Source: Elusimicrobiota bacterium
GTDB taxonomy: Bacteria; Elusimicrobiota; Elusimicrobia; Elusimicrobiales; UBA9959
Length of the DNA stretch: 63,854 bases
Direction of reading: 5' to 3'
Assembly: GCA_003450815.1 (NCBI GenBank)
Contig: DMES01000073.1
Span: 1-63,854 of the forward strand
The position numbers were made by a program, and so were the translations under genes. The notes beneath the pieces are model-generated. The model was not told the origin of the DNA. It saw nothing but the letters and a program-made list of their open reading frames with translations, and did not search any database. Positions 1 through 7,392 of the stretch are shown here, one piece after another; position 1 is the first letter of the stretch, and each line of letters begins with the position of its first letter.

Positions 1-1347
1 CTGCGCGGCTTTGAAGTGTTCAGCCAGGGACGCCCGGCCGAGGATATGCCGCAGATAACCTCGCGCATCTGCGGGGTGTGTCCCACGGCGCATCACATGG
101 CCGCGGCCAAAGCTTTGGACGATCTTTACGGTGTAGAATGCCACCCGGTGGGGAGGAAGATCCGCGAGCTGGTTTACAATGCCTTCATGCTTGAAGACCA
201 CGCCCTGCATGTGTATATTCTGGGCGGCCCTGATTTTATAGTCGGCCCGGACGCACCGAAGGAACTGCGCAATGTGGTTGGTGTTATCGGCAAAGTGGGG
301 CTGGATGTGGGCAAAAGAGTAATTTCCATGCGCCGGCGCATCCGCGAGATAATCAATTATGCGGGCGGCAAGGTTATACACCCGGTAATGGGCCTGCCAG
401 GCGGAGTGGCCAAGGGTATTTCAGCTTCTGAACTGCCGAAGTTCAAAGTGATAGCCAAAGACGGCCTGGACTTCGCGAAATTCACTTTACAGGTTTTCCA
501 TGACATAGTTTTAAAGAATGACGCCTATGTAAAGCTCATCACTTCGGACACGTTCACCCACAAGACCTATTACATGGGCCTCGTTGACAAAAACAACAAG
601 GTGAACTTCTACGACGGTGATGTGCGGGTGGTTACGCCCGAGGGCAAGGAATACGCCAAATTCCCTATACAGAAGTATCTGGAGCACATCTCGGAGCATG
701 TGGAGCCCTGGAGCTACATAAAGTTCCCTTTCCTTAAGAAAGTGGGTTGGAACGGTTTTGTGGAAGGCGGCTCAAGCGGCGTTTACGCCGTGGCGCCCAT
801 GGCGCGGCTTAACGCGGCGGACGGTATGGCTACGCCCGAAGCACAGAAGGCTTACGAGGAATATTTCAAGGTGCTGGGCGGCAAACCGGTTCACCACACT
901 TTGGCCAACCACTGGGCGCGCGTGGTAGAAATGATACAAGCCGCCGAACGCATAGTGGAACTGGTGAACGATCCGGAACTGACCGGCAAGGAATTCCGCA
1001 CCATTCCCACTAAGATCCCGAAGATAGGCGTAGGCGTGGTAGAAGCGCCGCGCGGTACGCTTATACACCAGTATGAGACCGACGAGCGCGGCCTGATACG
1101 CCGTGCGAACCTGGTAGTTGCCACTTTAAATAATTCCGCGCGCATAGCTATGAGCGTGGACAAGGCGGCCAAAGGCCTTATCAAGGGCGGCAAAGTGGAC
1201 GACGGCCTGCTGAACATGGTGGAGATGGCTTTCCGCGCCTATGACCCCTGTTTCGGCTGCGCCACGCACACCCTGCCCGGCGAGATGCCGATGGTGGTAA
1301 CGCTGCGCGACCTGAAAGGAGAAGTTATCCGCGAGATACGGCGCTAA
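1..1347 (+). CDS. mvhA: Group 3 (MvhA/3c-like) [NiFe]-hydrogenase large subunit, 5'-truncated by window edge
   Basis: Frame open from base 1 (LRGFEVFSQGRP); L1 motif RICGVC; L2 motif AYDPCFGCATH followed by a cleavable C-terminal tail. Confidence 0.88.
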   Translation: MRGFEVFSQGRPAEDMPQITSRICGVCPTAHHMAAAKALDDLYGVECHPVGRKIRELVYNAFMLEDHALHVYILGGPDFIVGPDAPKELRNVVGVIGKVGLDVGKRVISMRRRIREIINYAGGKVIHPVMGLPGGVAKGISASELPKFKVIAKDGLDFAKFTLQVFHDIVLKNDAYVKLITSDTFTHKTYYMGLVDKNNKVNFYDGDVRVVTPEGKEYAKFPIQKYLEHISEHVEPWSYIKFPFLKKVGWNGFVEGGSSGVYAVAPMARLNAADGMATPEAQKAYEEYFKVLGGKPVHHTLANHWARVVEMIQAAERIVELVNDPELTGKEFRTIPTKIPKIGVGVVEAPRGTLIHQYETDERGLIRRANLVVATLNNSARIAMSVDKAAKGLIKGGKVDDGLLNMVEMAFRAYDPCFGCATHTLPGEMPMVVTLRDLKGEVIREIRR

Positions 1348-1357
1348 AAGAACAGCC

Positions 1358-1500
1358 AGTTCGCGGGGCCTGTCGGGGGACTGGAACGCAAAACCGTAGT
1401 CGGCCACACCGTGGCCGCTACTCCCATCCTCAGCCTCGCCGCTATGCAAGTCTCGGCTTCCGGAGGGTTTTGCTAACCCAGCTCCCCCGCCACCCGCTCC
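1358..1500 (-). other. Structured intergenic element family A, copy 1 (candidate ncRNA or ssDNA motif)
   Basis: Reverse complement aligns end-to-end with 44400-44542, with compensatory changes in several stems. Confidence 0.75.
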
Positions 1501-1526
1501 AGCAATTATTACTTCATAAATAAAAA

Positions 1527-2003
1527 ATGGAAAAATTGCAAAAAGCCCTCGTTCTTGCCCTGGGTAACGACATCCTGGGAGATGACGGCGTGGCTTTTCA
1601 CGCGGCCAGGGTTTTGAGCGCTGAATTTCCCGACAGCGTGGATGTAATGGAAACCGGGGAGGCGGGGCTGCCGCTGCTGGACTTTCTTGAGCCTTACAGC
1701 AGGGCGCTTATTCTGGACGCGGCGGCCACCGGCAAGTGTCCGGCGGGAACTATTCTCCACTGGAACCGGGAGGATTTCCGCCGCTGCGTAGCGCCGTCGC
1801 AGCACGCTGCAGGACTGCCGCATATTCTGGAACTGGCGGAACAACTGGGGATGGCTTTCCCGGGGGAGCTCCAGGTGGTATGTATGGAAGTAAGCGACCC
1901 CACGGTGTTCCGGGAAACTCTTACGGCTAAAGCGACGAAAGCCCTGCCCGCCATGCTGGACACAGCCCGCAAGATCTTAACCGCCTGGGGCTGCCGGGGG
2001 TAA
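1527..2003 (+). CDS. Hydrogenase maturation endopeptidase (HycI/HyaD family)
   Basis: LGNDILGDDGVA, ILDAA and SQHAAGL motifs; follows hydrogenase large subunit. Confidence 0.92.
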   Translation: MEKLQKALVLALGNDILGDDGVAFHAARVLSAEFPDSVDVMETGEAGLPLLDFLEPYSRALILDAAATGKCPAGTILHWNREDFRRCVAPSQHAAGLPHILELAEQLGMAFPGELQVVCMEVSDPTVFRETLTAKATKALPAMLDTARKILTAWGCRG

Positions 2004-2017
2004 CAGTATGGAAAACC

Positions 2018-2141
2018 GGGAGGGGCGGCGGCAGGTTCCCTGTGCGCTCCGGGAAAGGGTTTTGGCCGTCCGAAGGGCATAGCCCCTGAAACGGCACCTA
2101 CACAAGTATTGGAGCGCGCAAGAAACCTGCCGGCGACTCCT
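2018..2141. repeat. Long inverted-repeat element family C
   Basis: CGGCAGGTT/AACCTGCCG and TGTGCGCTCCGG/TTGGAGCGCGCA arms with an inner GCCGT..GGGC-ATA-GCCC..ACGGC hairpin; left arm recurs at about 39035-39075. Confidence 0.7.
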
Positions 2142-2161
2142 AATGGGAATCCGTACGCATA

Positions 2162-2190
2162 TTGACTTTTTAGCATTTTTATGTCATACT
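2162..2190 (+). promoter_or_regulatory. Sigma70-type promoter giving a probably leaderless mRNA
   Basis: TTGACT-17 nt-CATACT with TGn extension; ATG at 2198 is 7 nt downstream with no Shine-Dalgarno (SD). Confidence 0.65.
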
Positions 2191-2197
2191 ATATGTA

Positions 2198-2722
2198 ATG
2201 AATATTGAAATTTCGCTGGCGCGGAAGAGCGATGGCTCGCTGTTCCTTGAGGCGGGGGGGCGGACCAGGGAGGTGCGCACGGTCGCGCAAGCCGCGCGGA
2301 TTTTAGGGCGCACTCGCCGGCAGATTTACCGCTACATTGAAACCGGACTCCTTAAACCGGAAGCAAAACTTTTGGGCGAATGGCTTTTGGATGCCGCCGA
2401 GGTGGCTCATACGGCGCACAGCCCGTTGGCCGTCCAGCCTTTGCCGAAAAAGCTCAGATTCCTTTTTCCCGAATATGATATTTCAAAGCTTAACGCCGGG
2501 AGGGACAAAACCCTTGTAATCTCGCGTGTGCTGGAAAACGGCGGGCTGGACGAGATAAAGTGGGTTTTTAAGCGCTACAGGCGGGATGAACTGTCCGATT
2601 TTATCAAAGAGGACGGAACCCGGCTTTTAGGCTCCCGCTCGCTCCGGCTCTGGTCGCTTGTTCTGGACGCGAAGCCTAAGCCCGTTCCGGCGTGGCGGAA
2701 TGCCGGAATCTGGAAAGGATAA
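2198..2722 (+). CDS. HTH + DUF6922-like protein, probable AbiEi-type antitoxin
   Basis: N-terminal MerR/excisionase-like HTH (VAQAARILGRTRRQIYRYI); C-terminal LFPEYD...VISRVLENG; upstream of AbiEii toxin. Confidence 0.7.
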   Translation: MNIEISLARKSDGSLFLEAGGRTREVRTVAQAARILGRTRRQIYRYIETGLLKPEAKLLGEWLLDAAEVAHTAHSPLAVQPLPKKLRFLFPEYDISKLNAGRDKTLVISRVLENGGLDEIKWVFKRYRRDELSDFIKEDGTRLLGSRSLRLWSLVLDAKPKPVPAWRNAGIWKG

Positions 2723-2724
2723 AA

Positions 2725-3354
2725 ATGACTTGGCATGAAAATGTTCTAGACAAATCGGGGCGCGACGCGGCCCGGCGGCTGGCTTTGGCCGCGGGCGGAG
2801 ATTTTTATCTGGCCGGGGGCACGGGCCTGGCTCTCCGGCTGGGGCACAGAATATCATTGGACCTTGATGTTTTCTCAAGGGACTGCCTTTTGAATCATTC
2901 GGACAGGATAACGCTGAAAGAAAAACTTGAGACCTCCGGCGATGTCAAAATCCTGCAGGAAAAAGACGGGACCTGCCATTTGCGGCTTGGAAACACCGCA
3001 GTAAGCCTTTTCCACTATCCATACAAACTGCTTAAACCGCCGTCAAAATGGACCGGGCTTAAAGTTGCCTCCGTTGAAGATATCGCAGCGATGAAGCTAA
3101 GCGCCGTAATAAGCCGGGGCTCAAAAAAGGATTTTATTGACCTGTTTTTTATATGCCAATCACACAAATCAGCCGACCTTTTTAAATGGGCGGAGCGGAA
3201 ATTTCCCGGCCATCCGAATTTTGCCGTTCAGGCCGCAAAAGCGCTGGTATATTTTGAGGACGCTGAAAAGGAACCAATGCCCAGAATGCTGAAACCAGCA
3301 GCCTGGCCTGAAATAAAAGCATTCTTTGAAAAAGAAATTCCCAAACTTTTCTGA
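2725..3354 (+). CDS. AbiEii/AbiGii-family nucleotidyltransferase toxin (type IV TA)
   Basis: FYLAGGTGLALRLGHRISLDLDVF and MKLSAVISRGSKKDFIDL motifs; ATG at 2725 chosen. Confidence 0.9.
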   Translation: MTWHENVLDKSGRDAARRLALAAGGDFYLAGGTGLALRLGHRISLDLDVFSRDCLLNHSDRITLKEKLETSGDVKILQEKDGTCHLRLGNTAVSLFHYPYKLLKPPSKWTGLKVASVEDIAAMKLSAVISRGSKKDFIDLFFICQSHKSADLFKWAERKFPGHPNFAVQAAKALVYFEDAEKEPMPRMLKPAAWPEIKAFFEKEIPKLF

Positions 3355-3374
3355 CGACAAGATTAAAACACTAT

Positions 3375-3689
3375 ATGGATAAAAAAACAGGTTATTTATT
3401 GCTTTTGACAGGGGTCGCTATGCTTATCGGCTGCGCGGCGCTGCTGATTATGACGCTTTACGGGCGCATAGAGGCGCCGCAGCCGTTTAAGTCTGAGACT
3501 TCCATTACGCTGGCGCTCGCCCAGGGCGCGGTAAGCGTACCGCTGCCGCCGCATATCAACCAGGCCGCTAATTTATCTGTGTTTTTAATGGCCGTGCTCA
3601 TACTTGCCGGCATAGGCGTAAAAATAGGCCGATTGGGGGTGCAGCTAATACAAAAACCCCAACCCCCGCAAGCGAGCTCGCCTAAATAG
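3375..3689 (+). CDS. Small two-TM hypothetical membrane protein
   Basis: Two hydrophobic segments; sits in a gap between genes. Confidence 0.7.
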   Translation: MDKKTGYLLLLTGVAMLIGCAALLIMTLYGRIEAPQPFKSETSITLALAQGAVSVPLPPHINQAANLSVFLMAVLILAGIGVKIGRLGVQLIQKPQPPQASSPK

Positions 3690-3725
3690 GGTCGCTTAAA
3701 AAGTCCAGCGGACAAAATGCAGGGC

Positions 3726-3753
3726 GGGCGGCACGACGGTGCTGTCCTTTTTT
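3726..3753 (+). terminator. Probable intrinsic terminator
   Basis: GGGCGGCAC-GACG-GTGCTGTCC followed by TTTTTT. Confidence 0.6.
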
Positions 3754-3852
3754 ATTTTTGGAGACAGGCCGGATTTGTTAAGATAGTAGTGTGAAAGCGT
3801 CTCAGGCGCGTAGTGGATTTGGAAAACAATACATTAAGGAAGAGGACAAAAA

Positions 3853-4080
3853 ATGAAACGGTATAAAAACCTAAGCGGAAATTCCGCAGTTACGGCGTAT
3901 GAAATTGGCAAAGACTCTGTAAAAGTCAGGTTCACAACAAACTCAGTTTTTATATATTCCAACCAAAGCGCAGGCCCCGGAAATATTAGCCAGATGAAGA
4001 ACCTTGCGCTTGCCGGGAAGGGATTGAGCACTTTTATGGACGCCAAAGTGAAAAAACTGTTTGCCAGAAAAATAAGATAA
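3853..4080 (+). CDS. Small conserved hypothetical protein (KTSC-like)
   Basis: YKNLSGNSAVTAYEIG...MKNLALAGKGLSTF pattern; GAGG SD upstream. Confidence 0.7.
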   Translation: MKRYKNLSGNSAVTAYEIGKDSVKVRFTTNSVFIYSNQSAGPGNISQMKNLALAGKGLSTFMDAKVKKLFARKIR

Positions 4081-4096
4081 TCGCGGCATTCCGGCG

Positions 4097-4825
4097 ATGG
4101 GAAAGACGATCTTCATCTATTGTGACGGTGCCTGCTCCGGCAATCCGGGGCCGGGCGGCTGGGGAGCAGTTATTATATTCCCGGAGAACCGAGTCAGCGA
4201 GTTTGGCGGCGGTGAGCGCCCTACCACGAACAATCGGATGGAGATGAGGGGGGCTATAGCGGCGCTAAGCGCCGTGAGAGACCGGCCCGAGTCGGTCAAG
4301 CTCTACACCGATTCCAGCCTGCTCATCAACGGAATTACTGGTTGGATCCATGGCTGGAAGCGCAAAGCCTGGCTGACGGCGGGGGGGAAACCCGTGGTCA
4401 ACCGCGACCTCTGGGAACACCTGGATTTACTCGCCCAAACCCGAAAAAGCCGGCTTGCCTGGGGGCACATAAAAGGCCACACAGGCCACGAGATCAATGA
4501 GCGCTGTGACCAGATAGCGGTGGCCTTCTCCAAGGGAGAAACACCCGCGCTCTATGAAGGTCCCACGGTCGGCTGTGGATATTCTCTTCTGGAGCCGGCG
4601 GCTGAATACCTGCATAAACCCTTACCGCGCCAAGCCCCACACTTTTCCACACCCAAGACGAAGGTCGCCGGATTCTACCTTAGCCTGGTAGCGGGCCGCG
4701 TTGAGCGACACACCACATGGCCGCAATGCCAGGGGCGCGTGCATGGCGTCTCCGGTGCGCGGTTTAAAAAAGTAAAGTCCGCCGAAGAGGCGCAAACTGT
4801 CCTTAAGCTGTGGAAAGCGGGCTGA
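4097..4825 (+). CDS. rnhA: Ribonuclease HI with C-terminal hybrid-binding (viroplasmin-like) domain
   Basis: CDGACSGNPGPGGWG, TTNNRME, YTDS, VNRDLW and KGHTGHEINERCD motifs; C-terminal TWPQCQGRVHGVSGARFKK. Confidence 0.92.
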   Translation: MGKTIFIYCDGACSGNPGPGGWGAVIIFPENRVSEFGGGERPTTNNRMEMRGAIAALSAVRDRPESVKLYTDSSLLINGITGWIHGWKRKAWLTAGGKPVVNRDLWEHLDLLAQTRKSRLAWGHIKGHTGHEINERCDQIAVAFSKGETPALYEGPTVGCGYSLLEPAAEYLHKPLPRQAPHFSTPKTKVAGFYLSLVAGRVERHTTWPQCQGRVHGVSGARFKKVKSAEEAQTVLKLWKAG

Positions 4826-4853
4826 TAGATTGAATAAGCAGAATAAAATTACA

Positions 4854-5618
4854 ATGGACTATTTTCCACGCCGCGCAGGATGTTTTTTTCCTGTTCTTAT
4901 TGCGGTTTTTCTTGCATTCCCGGTCATTGCCGGTTCTGCGGAAGAACGCGCGGCCATACCCTCGCCGGGAGCATACGTCAACGATTCCGCCGGAGTGATT
5001 AATGCGGAAACAGCTATAAAACTGAACGGCGTTCTGGCCGATCTGGACGTCAAAGCCAAAGCTCAGGTGGCGGTGCTTACGATAAACAGCCTTGGCGGCG
5101 CAGGAGTTGAAACCTATGCCGCGGAGACTTATACAAAGTGGGGGATAGGCGACAAACAGACCAATCGCGGCGTCCTGTTGCTTGTCGCGGTGCGGGACCA
5201 CAAAGCCCGCATAGAAGTCGGTTACGGGCTTGAAGGAATACTTCCCGACGGTTTGACAGGCTCTATCCAGGACAAATACCTAATTCCTTATTTCAGGAAA
5301 GGCGACTATTCCGAGGGGATATATCAGGGTTCACTCGCCATTGCCTCGGTTATCGCCAAAGACAGCGGAGTTGAGCTTTCGGCGGCGCCTCTGGAAAGCG
5401 AACCGCAAAACATTGCCCCCATGAGCGCGGGCCGGAAAATATTCTCTTTTATTCTGGTCGTCCTTTTCGTAATCTTTGCGATCCGGCATCCCTTTCTAGT
5501 GTTCTTTCTTTTGAATAGCATGAACTCAAGAGGTTCCGGCGGGTTCGGCGGTGGCGGCGGGTTCGGCGGGTTCGGGGGGGGAATGTCGGGCGGCGGCGGC
5601 AGTTCAAGAAGCTGGTAG
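4854..5618 (+). CDS. TPM-domain (YgcG-like) membrane protein
   Basis: YVNDSAGVI, WGIG..NRGVLLLVA, RIEVGYGLEGILPD motifs; Gly-rich tail ending GGGGSSRSW; start uncertain. Confidence 0.9.
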   Translation: MDYFPRRAGCFFPVLIAVFLAFPVIAGSAEERAAIPSPGAYVNDSAGVINAETAIKLNGVLADLDVKAKAQVAVLTINSLGGAGVETYAAETYTKWGIGDKQTNRGVLLLVAVRDHKARIEVGYGLEGILPDGLTGSIQDKYLIPYFRKGDYSEGIYQGSLAIASVIAKDSGVELSAAPLESEPQNIAPMSAGRKIFSFILVVLFVIFAIRHPFLVFFLLNSMNSRGSGGFGGGGGFGGFGGGMSGGGGSSRSW

Positions 5619-5627
5619 GAGACTCCA

Positions 5628-6377
5628 ATGGCTAAAATGACACCTGATTTTTTGACGGATGAAATCAAGAAAATATGCGGAGGAAATCTTTGCTCGGTTG
5701 TATTGTACGGTTCTTCGGTGGCGGGCGACAATGTAAAAACTTCGGACTATAACGTGCTGGTTGTAATGAACCGCATTGAAACGGAGGATCTGCTCGCTTT
5801 GACAGGCATCTGCTCACGCTGGGGCAGGGACGGGAATCACGCCCCGCTGATGTTCGCAAAAGAGAACCTTATGCGATCAGCGGATGTTTTTCCAGTTGAG
5901 TTTTCTGACATTATACAGACACACCGGATGCTTTACGGCCCGGACCCTTTCACGGGAATGGAAATAGACCCGGCCCTCCTAAGGCTGGAACTGGAGCACG
6001 AACTTAAAAGCAAGCTTATTCTTTTACGGGAAAATTTCCTGGTCACAAAAGGCTCCCAGAAAGAAGTGAACAAACTTATGGTTTCCTCTATATCGGCCTT
6101 TCTGACGCTGTTCAAGGCGGCGCTTAGGCTTTACGGGGAAACGCCCCCCGCGAAGAAGCTGGAAGTCCTCCCGATACTTTCCCGACACATCAAGTTCGAC
6201 GAGGAAGTTTTTGCAATCGTCTGGGGATTGAAGGAAGGCGGAAAACGTTCGGACATCACTTCATTGCAGATTTTTAGCCGCTATCTGCCGGCGCTGCAAA
6301 GTGTCACAGATGCCGTGGACCTCTGTCTGCAGAGCGCGGCAGTCAAAACCATAAGGAACTTAAGGAGAGAACAATGA
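5628..6377 (+). CDS. Nucleotidyltransferase-fold protein
   Basis: VVLYGSSVAGD...SDYNVLVV and SADVFPVEFSDI; lies between TPM and LemA genes. Confidence 0.75.
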   Translation: MAKMTPDFLTDEIKKICGGNLCSVVLYGSSVAGDNVKTSDYNVLVVMNRIETEDLLALTGICSRWGRDGNHAPLMFAKENLMRSADVFPVEFSDIIQTHRMLYGPDPFTGMEIDPALLRLELEHELKSKLILLRENFLVTKGSQKEVNKLMVSSISAFLTLFKAALRLYGETPPAKKLEVLPILSRHIKFDEEVFAIVWGLKEGGKRSDITSLQIFSRYLPALQSVTDAVDLCLQSAAVKTIRNLRREQ

Positions 6378-6931
6378 AAAAAGGCTTACTGATCGCGCTA
6401 GGAGTTGTAGTGCTAATAGGGCTGTGGGCGGGCTCGGTCTATAATAAACTTGTAACCCGTTCCGAAGCCGTACCCGCTGCCTGGAGCCAGGTGCAGACAG
6501 TTCTTCAGCGGCGCTATGATCTTATACCCAATCTGGTCAATACGGTAAAAGGTTATGCGAAACACGAAAAGGACCTTCTGACCGAGGTAACCAGACTGAG
6601 AAGTCAATGGGGCGAAGCCAAAAACCAAGGCCAGCAGATTGCGGCGGCCAACGGACTTGAGTCAGCGTTAAGCAAACTTATGGTGGTAATTGAGCAATAT
6701 CCGCAGCTTAAGGCCAATGAGAATTTCATAAGGCTGCAGGATGAACTGGCCGGGACAGAAAATCGCATTTCGGTGGAAAGAATGCGTTACAATGAAACGG
6801 TGAACGCCTACAATGTCACGGTCAGGGGCTTCCCAACTAATATGGTGGCGGGAATGTTCAGCTTTAAGAAATCCGAAAATTATTTTGAGGGCGATAAATC
6901 CGCGCAGCAAGCGCCCCAAGTCCAGTTTTGA
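6374..6931 (+). CDS. lemA: LemA family protein
   Basis: AWSQV..LQRRYDLIPNLVNTVKGYA, YPQLKANENF, ELAGTENRI motifs. Confidence 0.95.
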   Translation: MKKGLLIALGVVVLIGLWAGSVYNKLVTRSEAVPAAWSQVQTVLQRRYDLIPNLVNTVKGYAKHEKDLLTEVTRLRSQWGEAKNQGQQIAAANGLESALSKLMVVIEQYPQLKANENFIRLQDELAGTENRISVERMRYNETVNAYNVTVRGFPTNMVAGMFSFKKSENYFEGDKSAQQAPQVQF

Positions 6932-6966
6932 TCTTGCACTTCCGGTTTCGCCCTTGAAACCATGTC

Positions 6967-7062
6967 AAAAGGCAGCAGGAGCCTTTTAAAGATTATAAAA
7001 AAGCTTATGGAATAAGGCTATTTTTCAAAGGGAAAACAATACAAAGGCAGCAGGAGCCTTTT
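6967..7062. repeat. Pair of direct AAAAGGCAGCAGGAGCCTTTT mini-hairpin repeats
   Basis: Copies at 6967-6987 and 7043-7062; same pair architecture at 54298-54406. Confidence 0.85.
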
Positions 7063-7392
7063 TAATGCTGACAACTGATAGGGGCAAGGACGCAAAGATA
7101 AAGGGATTATTGATAGGTAAACGGGTGACATAACACCTATATTTTCCGCTTTAATTTAGTCAGGAGGGCATATCAAACCAATTTACAAAGATGGCAGTTT
7201 TAGGAGGGCCCCCTCAACTCACAGGTACGGCTGTCTTATAACTATCCTGACTGTAATTTTTGCGGGACTGCTCTTCCTGATAATAATGGCAGTATGGTTC
7301 AAGGGGAACTAGTGACTGTTGAATAGACCCGGGAGCAGCCCTGCCTCCATTTACCCGGCGGCCACTATATCGGGATTGACCGGAAGGCGCAT

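Noticed and set aside
1228-1269. Selenocysteine in hydrogenase L2 motif with the downstream hairpin as SECIS
   Set aside because: Motif is encoded by TGT/TGC Cys codons; no in-frame TGA
6967-7062. Possible mini-CRISPR from repeat-spacer-repeat
   Set aside because: Only two 20-21 nt copies per locus, spacers 55-67 nt, no cas genes
7064-7312. Possible small membrane-protein gene remnant ending at TAG 7312
   Set aside because: No clean start or continuous frame could be supported
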